Positions 11,280-25,372 of a stretch of 64,000 nucleotides of DNA are shown here, piece by piece. The notes under the pieces are model-generated. The model worked only from the letters and a program-made list of their open reading frames with translations. It was not told where the DNA came from and ran no database searches. Made by a program: the position numbers and the translations under genes. The stretch comes from Psilocybe cubensis (taxonomy: Eukaryota), in NCBI GenBank assembly GCA_017499595.2, contig CM038999.1, forward strand, positions 248,001 to 312,000, given 5' to 3'. How positions within the stretch are numbered: the first letter of the stretch is position 1; every line of letters begins with the position of its first letter.

Positions 11280-14200
11280 ATGGTATCAAGTGCCAACGCC
11301 GACCCCTACTCCCCCTTTCAGCAAACCATGGTTCCAGAAGAAGGCCCTCAGTCGAGCGAAGAAGGGTCAGGCCTCCATTCACCAGTGTTCGGTGCGCCGT
11401 ATACCACTCACGGTGACAGTTGTAAGTACTTTGTTGCTATCGTATCCTTTCCATTTCTCACCCGTCAATAAAGTCCGGTATCAGCACGATCAACTTGACG
11501 TTCACCATTCCGCGGCTATGATCCCGCCTCAGTATGACTACACACTCAACGCCCAACAGCCGCCGATCCTTGACACGTTAGAGCTGCCGAACTCTAGCGC
11601 CCGACATGTCACGTTCCCTTCTCACTATACCGTTCCACCTCGTAACCACATTGGAATCGACTTCTCTGCCCAATCCCCGGTCAATTCTCGTATCCCCCCC
11701 GCCGTGCATGGCGGCCCACCCGTTGACTATAGGTATAGCCCCACCACTGAGCGACGGTTGCCTGGTGGATCTTCCCATGACCATTCGTATAACCGACCGT
11801 CTGGAAACCCCTCCCTCTTACCCATGGAGAGTGATCACAGGGCGTCTCTCGTGCCGACCGCTGCGCGCTCAGACACCTCGCCGACTGCTGAGGCGAGTAC
11901 TTCTTCCAGAGAAACGCGCAAGGAGATATCGTCCGTTGTCATAGCCTGTCGTCAGTGGTGCGTACTTTATGACTTTTCATTAAGCCTTTTAACGGAAAAC
12001 TGACGGGTTAATGACTTTTCTTTCACCCTGTCCATCGATTAGTCGCGGCCGCAAAATTCGTTGTGATTCAACAAGACCCGTTTGCAACAACTGTGTCCGA
12101 AGATCCAACGACTGCCAGTATGACTTAGTGCCAAAGAGAAGAGGCCCAGATAAGCGTCCTGGTACTCGTCAACGATCATGTAAAAAGCGGACAGCAGACG
12201 GGTCTGATCCTCCTCCCCCGAAGCGCAAACGTCCCAACACCACTGAGCGGTCAGAGCCACCAGACCTTCCACCATCTAGAGTCAAGGAAAACATGCCGGA
12301 TCCGAAGCGCCCGTCTCCAACCTCGCGCCACTTAGACCGACATCCTCAAGAGCCGCACTATCACTTGCAGCAACCCCATTCCGGTCAAGCGCCTCCTTCG
12401 CCGACTGATCTCCGGATTCCCGCAGATCAGAACGCCCACTTCAAGGTATCTATCCCACAATCATCGACTCGTATGCCCCCCTCTCATCCACGTACTTCAG
12501 CATGACCTGGCTACGCCATACCGGCGGTCCTCACCATCGTATGTGTACGACCAAGGTTCCTATATAAAATCGTTCTATCCTCGCCAACTCGACGTAAATG
12601 CTTTACAATTTCCAGACACCATTCATCGCAAGTATCCCGTCCCGACCTCCCCTTCCATTGAACATGGGTATAAATCATGGTGGGATAGAGTTATGACCCA
12701 GCATACGTGAGCCGCACTTGCTCGTTGTTGATTCAAACTGGCTAACAGTTTACTAAAGGCCCGACACTCTCGCAACTGAACTTACTTTTCTGTAAGTTTA
12801 CGTTCTTTATATTTCTTTGGTATGCAAACGTAACTAATCTCTCACCCAGTCATGATAATACTGGCCATCTTCTTTCTTTCATTAATCTCAATTATTTTAT
12901 TAAGCGTTTATATCGCGACGACGAACGTCTACGGATCCAGCCTGCTTTTATTTTATCTGTCCTCGCCATGTCCACCCTCATGAAGTCCAGCAGCATCGAA
13001 GATGGTGCGAGTGGTATGCGTATTGCTATGCATTACGCAAATGACGCCCATTCCGCTTACGAAGAAGCTGTTCGAACTGGACACGTTGATGCGTCCCTGG
13101 CTGAAGCTGCTTTAGTGAGTTAATTCCTTGATGCTTTCTGGTATTTCTCTCATCTATGTTACCTGAAGATCCTCGCGCTCTTTGAATCGTCGGCCTACCC
13201 CCATCATTCTTCTGGTCGTGCCATGAACTCCCTTCTCAATCTTGATCAACTTATCAAATCTTTATCGCTTACTATGCACGACCAGGGGGATCGTGATGTT
13301 TCTATCTTCTCTCGGGACAGCGTTCCCATGGTTCTCGTCGATGGGGGTAGCGGGGACCCATATGACGACCGCAAATGTAGCTGCATCCTACCCGGCTCTA
13401 ATGATACCCCCGATATTTATTCCAATCACCCTTACGTTCTTCCATGGGCCTCTCATTGGACCCCCAAAGAGATCTACGACGAGGAAGTGCGCAGAGTTTG
13501 CTGGTCTGCACTCTCTCTTGTGTCGGAGTACGTTGCCCAGTGCCAAGCTTTCAACGACGAGCCTCCGCAGTTCTTCTTGTCTGACCCCTCCAACGTGAGT
13601 AGCCATCTAGTTATCTTCATTGAATATGTAACTTACCTCACCCTTCGGTCTAAGTTCGGTCTGCTTTTCCCCAACGAAGCATACGATCGGCATTCTCCGA
13701 ACTATCGTGCTTCCAATTCTCTTTCCCCGAAAGAGTCCGTATGGGCACTCTATTGCAGGAGCATGTTGCTCTGGAACTTCTGTAATCGATTCCGGACTCC
13801 CAGTCAAGAAGAAGAGCGCGCCGAGCAAGCCCACGAAGCCTTCCTCGAAGTTCAGGCTATCGAGGACTCTCTCAATACCCATCGCTGCAATCTGGACACG
13901 ACCCTGATTTACACTTGTCGAGAATATATCCATAAGTATGCTATTTCTTCTCATATTGGCTGCCTGTTCTTATTACTTTCATAGTACACGTATGCTCGTC
14001 GCCCAGGCTCTTCGCAGGTCAGTCAACCGTCTTTTTAATAATTAGCCACATATATTCAAACTGGTTTCGCAGCTTCCACGGTCTTGAAACTGGCAAAACC
14101 ACACCTGGGCCCATCTTCAAACGCAAGCAAGCAGAAGATTGGCGTATGTTTTGCATCATCCTCTCATATCCTTGGCTAACATATTTCTTAGTCTTTTACC

Positions 14201-14651
14201 AGGACCAAGTTATTCTTCGTGTCAATAACGTCATCCATCATTTGCAAGGTCCCGACGGGTTCCAGCTTACCCGCCGACCTTTCCGTATCAACTGGTTCAT
14301 AAACCAATTGGCTATGTAAGTCTGTTCGTTTTTTTTTAGTGCGATTTAAGACCTTGACGCCTGGGTTGAAGATGCTTGGTTTTGTGGACTCATGATCCCA
14401 CCCTTGATGACGCTTTAAAGCTCGCAAAGTCTATCTTACATCCCATCGACGTCCTTAATGCCTTGTGGCCGTGTCCCGGTTCGTATCTCGTACCACTTTA
14501 CCTCTATAACATATCTCATCAGACCCTTCCAGCCATTCAAACAAGATGCGACTCCTTGCGTCGTCAATTAGAGGAAGCGTGCAACGCGAGGCATCTGCAA
14601 GGCCCATTCCCCCCTAGCTATTCCGTACCAGCCATTATTCGTTCATCTTAA
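11280..14651 (+). CDS. Zn(II)2Cys6 (GAL4-like) fungal transcription factor, multi-exon
   Basis: ACRQC|RGRKIRCDSTRPVCNNCVRRSNDCQY binuclear cluster split by an intron. Downstream region (EEVRRVCWSALSLV, SPKESVWALYCRSMLLWN) is typical of agaricomycete C6 factors. Confidence 0.92.
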
Positions 14652-15997
14652 ACATCGTAATCTAATTATTCAACAACTCCAATTTTGTTTATTGTTATCC
14701 ACATTGAATCCTTCTAACCGTCATTTATTCTTTCCCATCCGATCTGAGAATATACCAGAATATACCCCTGTATGTTGTATACTCGTAGATGTATCTGCCC
14801 CCAGGGAACCTCATTCCCTCCCCTTTTGAATACCCGCGGTACATATCCCATATTCATTGTTTATTAGTGTCGTCGTCATTAATGCATCGGTGTGCGATGT
14901 ATTCACTTAACCGCAAGCATCTCCCACAAGCGACAAGGTCAATTGGGCACTTGGATAGCTCAATATTGTTGAAGTCTTGTTTCTATTTCAGTACCACAGT
15001 CGGGTGCAATTTTAAAACCTGGCAGTGAGTGCTTAAATGCTTCCTACTTAGACGCCTGTGACAAAATCTTCCGACAGCATCAAATACATAGTTTTAGATA
15101 GCTCACCATGGCGTCAATAACGTACCCCACATTCTGATCAGTGATGCAACAGTCAATGAATGATTGTTTCTTTTGTAAATTTAGTTTTTCGTTTGGAAAT
15201 TCTTGACAGCTGCCCTGAAACATGACAAACGGGAGAGAAACATGAAACTTAGAACTTCCTGAATTCATCAATTTAGACTGCAGTTGTCAAGTATCAATTT
15301 TTTCTCTCTTGTCGACAACTCAAATCACACAAGACGCAACGCCTGGCCATAGAAAAGTTTTCCTGAAACATCCTAGTAATATTCGCAGTCTGATGTTGCC
15401 TTGACAGGTTCTGAGCCTTGAGGAAACTTACTGTCGCATAACCGCCAGCTAAAACTTACATATACAAGTGTCAAGTGATGCCACGGTCTCGGTTGTGCTG
15501 CTCGGGTCCCATTACTTACGTGAATCTCTTCACCCGACATCCGCGCCTTGGTGGGATTGTGCATCCTTGCTGGTATTTCCATCTTCCGATAGCAGAAGTG
15601 TCATAATAATCTAAGGGTCAAGTTTAATTCAGGAAGTGGCTTTTCGTTGCTTTAAGTCCTTGTCAGTCAGGCGATCTGTCACATACAAACGTGGAATTCA
15701 ACGGCGTTGGCGTTGTACGAAAATCGAGGCTCGTCACATTGGTACCATGGTGTCTCAAATACGAACCTAACACAGTCAAGTACGACGGTCATGAACGGCA
15801 CCTCAGAGGTTAATCGCACTCTGCAGACAGACAGTTATGGGCACAAGAAGTCATTCAAGAAGGTTTATTGTGGGAGACATGAAGTAAAGTTACCTCCTGT
15901 GTAAACTATACATGAGATATTGTTATGAAGACGTGCATTTGGCCCGGCCAAAAATGAGGGTACTGTAGTATATCATACACACTCGAAAGATTGGTAT

Positions 15998-18655
15998 TTA
16001 TATCTTGCCATACACCGGTCTTCCGTCTAAGAACGTGGCAATGACGGATGTTTTCATGATGGACGAAGTCGCAATGGTCATGATATCTTGCGACAGAACA
16101 ACTAGATCTGCCCTCTTCCCGGGGACAAGACTTCCCAAAGTGTCCTCCGTGAATGAAGCGTAAGCTGGATCAATAGTCATCCCGCGCAATGCCTCTATGC
16201 GTGTAAGTCTTTGCTCTGGAAACCTGAATGACCGTGATTGTAAAGGTTGAACAAATGTAATTCGATCATTTAAAAACCACGTACCATCCCCCGGGGCCAT
16301 GGGGCGATGTTCCTTCCGTTGTCAGTCGTGTTACAGCGGCATAAAAACCTTTGAGGGGGTTGATTTCTTCTACTGGGAAATCAGAGCCCAGTGTGATACG
16401 AGCACCACTTTCAAGTATGCTTCGGAATGCATATAGTCCTTTAACACGTTCAGATCCCTATTTCCCAGTGATTGGTCAGAACAGTCCATGCAAAATTTAG
16501 AGGGGAAAATTTGTATTCTACCAAGCGATCCTCTGCAAACCACATATCACTTATCCTGTTAGCGCACAGACCATGAGACGATTACAAACACAGTAAAGAG
16601 AATATTGTCCAGTAGTACGTACGCGTGAGTAGGTTGGATGCTAGCTATGACTAGGAAGTTTTTATTAGTTAAAATGATTGCCGCTCCGGAATGAAAAAAG
16701 ATGCATTACCCCCTAGTTTTCCTAGTCTCATCATATCGTTCTTGGTCAGAATTTGGGCGTGCTCGAGCCGTGGGCGAAGGGCGCTAACATTAACGCCTTT
16801 AAGAGACGCCTCAAAGGCATCTAGAACAATCCCATTCGCGCGGTCACCAATAGCATGAACATTCTGAAATATTTCACATTCAAATTAAGATGATATTGAC
16901 AAAGGAATAACAAAAATTCATACCACTTGCCATCCATCCTTCAAAAACCTTGGAATAACCTTGTTTAGGGATTCTGCTGTGATTCGCATAACACCACGTG
17001 TAGACGGGTTATCAGAGTACGGCTCGTAAAGCTTACAAGTAAAAAGAAAGCGGCTTAGCACCTATATGTCTAATAACCGGATAACATACCGCTGCCCCGC
17101 CAGAGCGTAATGCGCCTACAATTGTATGTATTAGAGCATGGAATAATTCTAGCAATCAATTGTAACAAGAAAGCTTACCGTCTGCAAATATCTTTACACT
17201 CTTTGCACTGAGCCTTCCATTTCCACTAGCCATAACAGGCTTGTGTACATCGCCCCAGTATTGGCCATGCTGGTCGAAAAATGACATACCGTAAACGCGT
17301 ATCTTTAGCCATATTAGAACGTTTCTGCAATGTCATAGATAATATTACTGGTAAAGCGCCTTTGTTGTTTGTCCTATCAGATAGAAAAAACCCGTAATCA
17401 GTTTTCCGATAATTGGAAAAAGTAGATGGCTCGACTCATTAAAAAACGCCAGGGAATCAGGTTTAAAGCCAGCGTCGTGTAAGGACGTAAGCCCTACTGC
17501 AAGGGCTTCTCCCACGGTAGTTCGAAATCGCCTTTCAAGTTCCTCCTTACCAGGAGGGCGACGCTTAATCAGGTCTTGTGCACTGTCCATAAAAATTCCT
17601 ACCGCAAGTACGTTTATAACATGAACGTGTCCTAGATAATTGAGAGATGACACATACCTGTGGGATTGCCTTCTTCATCTCGGAATATAAACCCACCCTC
17701 GATATCGTCCGGATACGGAGCATTATCTTTGATTATGTCTTTTGATACCCAGAGGGCATGACCATCCCGACTTTGAAGTATAACAGGACGTCCCGCTACC
17801 TGTGGATCAGCTTCCAGGTCCTCCTAAGCAGTGACAAGAATAGACGTCAATTATAGAAAATGGAACTATTTATAAGACTGAGATCGCACCCACGAAGGCC
17901 ACCTTTCGACATCCCATGAAGCGTGGTCCCATCCCCATCCCTCCACAACACGAGACCTATCATGCTCAATATCCGGGTTCTTGACGACATAATCTCTAAC
18001 TAAAGATACCGTCTCTGATCATGCCATAAGATAGACTGCGTGCTCACAACGTGTCTTCTACGAATGCAACACACCTTTTAACGTTTTACCAGTGGACAGT
18101 GGTATCTGGCGGCTAGCCCCGTACTCCAAAATATGGCAATGTGAGTCTAAGGGATGCGATTTCGGTTCGAATGTTAATATATGATAACTTGAAATGATGT
18201 TTGACGTGCTACATACCACTTATCCCCGGAATCATAATGGAGCCTCTTGGAAGATATCGTACTGCAACCGAATGAGTTTTTACTGTGTCTATAGCATTTT
18301 TTCGAATGTCATCTTAAATGAAATTTACGTCAGAGAAACGGCTCTGTTGGATGGCATGGAAGGTAGACATACCCAAATCTCCTGTGGCTGCGACATGAGA
18401 TTTGTGAATAAGAACACATTGTACAACAGAGTTGCTGCTATCGACAGTGTAGATTTTTCGCCCATCGAGAGAACAAAGTGCGTAGATTTGTGGAAGGTGT
18501 TTATCGCCTTTGAAGGCGTACCATGTGGCAAACAGAAGTACAACAGTCGTAGCGACAATTCTCAGATCGCAACGAGTGACAGAGAATGCCTTATGCTTCT
18601 GTGGAATAGTATATGCGTCACTGATATTCAGCCTTTTCGGAGGTGGTTGGGCCAT
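15998..18655 (-). CDS. Amidohydrolase family 3 (YtcJ-like) metal-dependent hydrolase with an N-terminal membrane anchor, many exons
   Basis: Motifs DSHCHILEYG, SRDGHALWV, GLTSLHDAG, HAIGDRAN, RLEHAQI, LGSDFPVE, GSLVPGKRADLVVLSQDI. Confidence 0.9.
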
Positions 18656-19411
18656 CGCGGTTAGTGATTTACAGCGCGCGTCCCGCCTAGAAGATTGGAA
18701 TCCTTTATAAGAATCTGAAAACCATTTATCGATAAGAATTAGGCGCCTAATCATCGTGCGACAAGAGCATGAGAGACATACACTCAGTTTAAGTTCACAA
18801 ATAACCGAGCCTCTTCGCAACTATCGACATATCAGCGTAATAGTAGCCTAAGGTTAAGCACTGTATTAAACTTACATCAGTTCAAAGATCGATTCAGATA
18901 AAATTGGTGTTCTGAGGCGGGACTCTAGATGATGAATTGAACAAGATCGTGGGCATGATAAGGATAGAACCAACAAGCGCTTGCTGACCCTCAAAGGCGG
19001 TGCTAGAACCGTCTCTGTGGACCGGCGGGCCGGAGGAAGCTCAGTGGGGATCAAAGGGAGACGTAAACTGTAACGGGGGATCATGTTGTGATCATAGACC
19101 GTCATAGACCATCGGGCATCAGAACCCGCAAAGACTACAAGTACAGATAATTAACGAAGGTACACGTATTGTATAGTGGCACTTAATAAATCATTTTGCA
19201 AGCGAAGCTTCTATCTGTAATACAATGGAAGAATCTGGAACATTTCCCGAAAGCCAATTGCCAAGTTAATTGCTATATAATGCGTAGGGATGTGGTGGCT
19301 GATGAGGGAATTAGAAAGCTAAAGAGATGATATAATGAAAAATCTTTTATGATAGTGACTCTGACCTTGCGCTCCCCAATGGAATGCTAACACCCATATA
19401 CGAAAACTTGC

Positions 19412-19498
19412 ATTTTTTTGGTGTTTATCCTGTACTCGATCGGATACTCTACGTACACATTGGTTACACTACTGCCTGCAACCTCGGTCAGGAAAACG
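19412..19498 (-). ncRNA. Conserved structured 3' element, copy after tyrosinase 1 (putative cis-acting RNA)
   Basis: Aligns with the copies at 23135, 27640, 41612 and 61289; carries a compensatory P3 stem GGUUGCA/UGUAACC. Confidence 0.6.
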
Positions 19499-19653
19499 TG
19501 ATTGGGAAATCTGATTGAACGGTAAAGATAGCGGGTTTTCTTTTGTAGACTTGGTCGGATGAGGCAATGAAATCAAAAGAATGATATGATACACAAGCTT
19601 ATGCACAAATAGTTTCGAAACTTTGTGCTTTTGATGTTTTTGCGATTATTCCC

Positions 19654-21608
19654 CTATTCGAGTTCACTACCTCCAACACGTCCACGAGTGATCTCAGGAT
19701 ATATCTTTGGATGTCCCTCGACAGGGTAATGTGCGCCGTCGGTGAGGGTGAGAGGCATGCATATCACAGTCACCTTGAGTGAAGAGAACTTATGAATGTC
19801 GGCGACTTCTCCGTTTGCCTAGATAGTTTGATTATGATCAATACTCCAAGATATTGAGCAGCAGTTACACCCACCTTTACGACCGCCCAGCTAATGTGCT
19901 CCTTCAAATAAGGAATAACGACGGCCGGGTCAAGGGTTGCCTTCTTCGATCTTTCCAAATACTTTTTATTAATATGTATGAATCCCTTGATTGTTTCATC
20001 AGCGTGAGCGCTACAGTTGGCACACTCCTCGGGGTGTGGATTGGCAAAAACATCGAAGGTACCGGCAAAGGTTGGGTGGAACAGCCATTCCGCTTGATTG
20101 GAAGGCACTTCGTTGGACATGAAAACATAAACGGAGAAACTCCCTCCGATTTCGTACTCTTTGCATTCCACACGTACGCTCCATTCGAGATTGGTGCCCA
20201 TGGAAGCTGCACCTAAAATGGAGAGGTTAGGGGAGATTGATGGTATGCGACGGTATACTAACTTTGTTCGTCCACTGCAGCACCTTCACCGGATTCGGAT
20301 TGGACATTAACAATCCCACCATAGCTATAGTTAAATACACCGCTATTGTCGATGATTTCTGGAGATTTCCAGTAGGCGGTCTGAGTTCTCCGGAACGGCA
20401 ATAGATCTGAATGAAAATTATTAATGAAAATATCTCTCCAAGTTTCACAACTTACCATCTGTGTTTGCGGTCCAGACGCGATGTCTGCTGTACCAGAGGT
20501 CGATAACACGATCAACTTGCGCGTGATGCAGATAAAATATTGGATCAAAGGCTGTATTGACCTAATATCAGCGTTGGACTCAATATACAAGTGTTTGAAA
20601 TCATGTACCAGCTACTGGAACAAACGCCATGTTGCCATTTTGTCCTCCTGTTTGGACATGGATTGTGTCATGGATACCCTCTAATCCAGTTGTTCCGGCG
20701 CTTCCAAGTGTAAAGGCATCCCAAGTTGTGATGGACATGAGCCTTTGCGTATTGTTTACAATCTGTGGACCCACAGCCTCAAGGGCGCTATTGTATACAA
20801 TGAGATTAGCCATGGTAAAATATCTTGCAAAGCATAAAAGGAACTGAACGCACGCTCGAAGCAAAGCTGGCTGGCTGTTACCCGAAGCATCTGGATGACG
20901 TGTAGTACGTGGCCAGATATTGAAAGGTGGACTAAACACGGAATTTGCACCCGCAGGATATGCGTATGTCAAGAATGGGTTCGGAACAGACACAGGTGTT
21001 GGACTGTGTGCCTTGACAATGTTAACAGTAGGCGACGTCGTGACCTGAAGCGGCGGAACAACTGTCGCAATGTTATCCCATCCCCAATAGGGCTGACGCA
21101 ATGCTGCCGCTGCCTCTTCCCAAGCTGGACGATCGTGAGTGTATGCGGCCGCAATCTCGCGTGCAATTTTCTGTACTTCTTGCTGTAAATATTATTTGAA
21201 TCAGCTGAGAACGCATGTGTTATCAAAAAAGAGATTACCTCAAAAAGAACGATGTATGGTCGATGCCAAGTCGGGAACAGAGGTGTACGGTGAACACAGT
21301 AGCCACGGCCACCACTAGGAGTGCCGTTCCAATCGACATATGGTTGGCCGTGAATTCCACCGATTTGCCAATGGGATACCACATCTGTTCTGACTCGATC
21401 ATAGTATATTTCTGTTATAACAGCAAAGTTAAACTCATCATCAATCGAAATATCTGTCTTATTAATTAAAATGCTTACGAAGTGCTTGCACATATAACGA
21501 AAATTGGCGAACATCATTCACAAATGTCGCGATTTCGCGACGCGAATGGACAAGCTGGCCTGGCTGTGGCCTGGGCTGAGAACCGTCAACAACGACTCGT
21601 TGGGCCAT
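19654..21608 (-). CDS. Tyrosinase / polyphenol oxidase paralog 1 (8 exons)
   Basis: CuA GIHG...[17 protein letters not shown]; Cu[10 protein letters not shown]...[15 protein letters not shown]; YxY motif FNYSY; C-terminal shielding domain with CANC. Confidence 0.95.
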
Positions 21609-21696
21609 GGGAATAGCAGTGCAGATGGCAGATGGTATTGGGTCGACTGTCAGTTGTGAAAAGCGGACCTCAATGAATCCTTAAGGTATGCATTCT

Positions 21697-21709
21697 CTGC
21701 TTTTAAGCT
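21697..21709 (-). promoter_or_regulatory. TATA-like core promoter motif AGCTTAAAAGCAG, about 90 nt upstream of the tyrosinase ATG
   Basis: The same motif lies at the same distance upstream of all five paralogs (also 25465, 29915, 39405, 63462). Confidence 0.5.
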
Positions 21710-23134
21710 TTATTTGAGGGTTCTCTTTGCCAAACCATCGAGCTTCTCGTAAATATTAAATGTCAAAGACGCATTGATTTTTGAATGCAAGCACCAAAAG
21801 GCTTAGTCTTGGTCAAAGGATATGGTCAAAAGGCAGCTACCTGTGCCTAAAGATATACGCGTATTTTGAATCCGAATGTACATTGAATTGCATCTCATTC
21901 GCCTTCTTGACAGAACACATATAGAAGCGCCGTGGATTTGTACCCTCGGTGATGTCCCTGAGGTGCATATTGGCCAACATGAATCAATATACACTTGGAT
22001 TCTTAGATGACTCCGTTATATGCTCCATACCACCACCATGTAATTGTGAACACCAAGCAACTTAAAAAACTGACACACTCGAGATTTAAGCTGGACTAGA
22101 ACGAACGTTTGTACGTTGGTGGTATAGCTGGCAACAAATACTTACACGTCTTGAAAGACTTTCATGAATATATTTTTGGGTGACTTCTGTGCCTGATGGT
22201 TGTGCGCAAATGGGCCACCTGTAGCCTATTCTGAAGGATAGTTGGCGTTGGTGGCGTCTGTCCCCACAAGCCGGTACCAGATTGCCTCGAGGAATAGACA
22301 CCGTTTAATGATTCTATAAGCCTCGTATGTACTTCGACGCTTTGAATGTGTTTATTCTGTGGAAAATATGACATTTACACCTCTTTCAGTGTATAAAAAT
22401 ATGTTAAAAGAAAGTTCAGCAGTAAGGGATGAGATTTCATTATGCCAAAGCCAATCTGGTTACAATTCAAATGTGCTTCTCATTCGGATCTTATGGGGTA
22501 TTTGAGCAGAGATGCGTACAGGATTAGCCTACGCATGTTACTCAATTAAACTCTGTTTATGCCATTTCACACAGGCATTTTTACTCTACACGGAATCAGC
22601 TGTTCACTTCCCTGATCATCGAGGAGAACCTTAGAAGCATTTCCGAATAGAACCTTCCGATTATCGTTGATGGACATTGTCCCTCCCTATTCGTGTCTGC
22701 ACTAGTGCCGATTCAGGCTTGAAACATGCACTACGTATATTATGTTTGCGAGCATATCTTATTTCCGTTTGAAGAATTGTGAGAAGTAAAATTTTCAACC
22801 CCCAAGTTGACATGGATGAATGGGACTCGATAAAGTATAACTTTCACTACTCACACCAACACAGACACAAATCGTGGGAAAAAGATGCCTCGACGATAAT
22901 CGGACGGCTCTTAGACTGTTCAAGAATTCCCATGAAGCCATTGATTGTCGATGGTCAGGCTTGTGAACAGGTGATTCCACGTCGAAATGAAAACTCTTGT
23001 CTGAAATGGTACATACAGGGTCCAATTGAATAGAATGAGTACGGTATCATGAATACCATGTACACGTTTCTTCACGTTAACGCATAGGTCAATGGATGAA
23101 CTTAGGTGTAAAAAGGAAGAAGCAGAAACGATGT

Positions 23135-23221
23135 ATTTTTTTGGTGTTTATCCTGTAACCGATCGGATACTCTACGTATACATTGGTAGCCGTACTAGTG
23201 GATACCTCGACCAGGAAAACA
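23135..23221 (-). ncRNA. Conserved structured 3' element, copy after tyrosinase 2
   Basis: Sense sequence UGUUUUCCUGGUCGAGGUAUCCACUAGUACGGCUACCAAUGUAUACGUAGAGUAUCCGAUCGGUUACAGGAUAAACACCAAAAAAAU. Confidence 0.6.
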
Positions 23222-23399
23222 TTTCAGTTTGTTTCAATTATGGAAATCATAGATGTTTGGCACATGTGCCGCGAGCTACGGTGATAGACGGTGAGTAATT
23301 CGTTTTTACACAGTTATAGGAGGCATAAAGATCAAGAGAGAGAGAGACACGAAGATACACGCTGAGAGTCAGAAATTGTTGTTCTTGTTGTTTTTCCAA

Positions 23400-25372
23400 T
23401 TAATTCTCCTGGTCATCACGATGTCCACCAACACGTCCACGAGTAATTTCAGGATAGACCTTTGGGCGACCCTCCGTAGGGTACTTCGCACCGTCTGAGA
23501 AGGTGAGAGGCGTGCATATGACAGTCACGTTAAGCGTTGTGAACTTTTTTATGTCCGCGACTTCGCCGTTGGCCTAGATATGCGGTTTAAAAGCGAAGAA
23601 GGATCATTTGAAACCATGGAAGCGTACCTTTATCACTCCCCAGCTGATGTGCTCCTTCAAATATGGAATGACAACCTCCGGATCAAGAGTTTTCTTCTTC
23701 GACCTTTCCAAATACTTCTTATTTATATGGATGAACCCCTTAATTGTTTGATCAGCATGAGCGGTACAGTTGGCACACTTTTCGGGGTTGGGGTTGGCGA
23801 AAACGTCGAAAGTACCGGCAAAGCTGGGATGGAATAGCCACTCCGTGTGGTTGGAGGGCACTTCCTTGGACATAAAAACATATAAAGAGAAGCTCCCTCC
23901 AACTTCGTACTTCTCGCATTCAACACGGACGCTCCATTCAAGCTCTGTAGTGCTGGAGGCTTCACCTGAAATGGAGAGGTTACGGGGTGAGTGTGTCTGT
24001 AGTAGGATACTAACTTTGGTAGTCTGCTACACCGGCTTCACTGGATTCGGACTGGACAGCGTTAGGAATCCCAAGATAGACGTAGTTGAACACGGTGTTG
24101 GTTTGGATGATCTCAGGAGATTTCCAGTATTCGGTTTGAGTTCTCCGGAACGGCAATAAATCTGAATGCATATAAACAAAGGATATATCAATCCATATTC
24201 CTCAACTTACCAGCTGCATTTGGGGTCCAGACGCGATGTCTGCTGTACCAGAGTGCAATAACACGATCAACTTGTGCATGGTGCAGATAGAAAATCGGAT
24301 CAAAAGCTATATTAACCTGATATCAGTACATGGACTCGATATGCGAATGTTCCAAGCAACCTACAGGCTACAGGGATGAACGTCATATTTCCATTTGGCC
24401 CGCCCGTGTGGTTATGGATTGTGTCGTGAATACTCTCCAATCCACTTGTTGTTCCGTCCCCCAATGCAAATGCATCCCAGGTGGTGATCGACATGAGCCT
24501 TTGCGTATTGTTCACAATCTGTGGACCCAGAGCCTGAAGTGCGCTATTTAATTGTATAGAATATAATCAACCTTGAGGACTACGTTGCAAAGCAGAGTAA
24601 AAGTGAACGCACGCTTGAAGTTTGGCAGGCTGGCTGATACCTAAACCATCCGGATAGCGTGCAGTACGCGGCCACGCATTGAACGGGGCCCCAAACACCG
24701 CATTCGCTCCAGCTGGATATGTATATGTCAAGAACGGGTTGGGGACCAATACTTCCGCTGGACTGTCGGGTTTGACGATGCTGACCATAGGAGCGGAGAT
24801 CACCTCCGGAGGCGGGACTACTGTAGCGATCTGGTCCCATCCCCAGTATGGCTGACGCAAGAATGCAGCTTCGATATTCCAGCGATCGGTGTCGTGTGTG
24901 TATGTCGCAGCAATCCTGCGTGCAATCCTCTGTACCTCTTGCTGATGTTATCCAAGTTAGCACTGGAGAAGATATTCGTGAAAAGGAGAGAGATATACTT
25001 CGAAGAGAACAATATATGGTCGATGCCATGTCGGGAACAGAGGTGTACCGTGAACACAAAATCCCCTGTCGGTCGGTGACCTCGGAACATTGAGTGTACC
25101 GTTCCACTCGACATATGGTTCTCCATGAATTCCAGAAATTTGCCAGTAGGACACAACATCATTTGCTGGTTTATCGTATATTTCCTCTGTGTTGGACTCG
25201 TTAGAATACATTCACTGCTATATCACATCAAAAAATGCCTACGAAGTGCTTGAACATAAAGCGAGAACTGGTAAATATCCTTCACTAATGCGGAGATTTC
25301 CCGACGTGGAGGAACAACCTGGCCCAACCCTGCCTTGGGAAGGGTGCCTTCAACGACAACTCGATTGGCCAT
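23400..25372 (-). CDS. Tyrosinase / polyphenol oxidase paralog 2
   Basis: GIHG...[27 protein letters not shown]...[19 protein letters not shown] motif; intron positions match the paralogs. Confidence 0.95.

Noticed and set aside
23133-23145. ATTTTTTTGG on the antisense strand of the 3' element resembles an Sm site, with an ACA near the other end (snRNA or H/ACA snoRNA)
   Set aside because: Compensatory and G-U changes in P3 and P4 fit the gene-sense strand, and no U1/U2/U4/U5 or H-box signatures are present.
23092-23298. Recurring small ORFs 'YFFGVYPVTDRI' (also 41471..41707 and 61285..61491) as a peptide family
   Set aside because: They are antisense readings of the conserved element; 1-nt indels between copies shift the frame and the starts and stops are not conserved.
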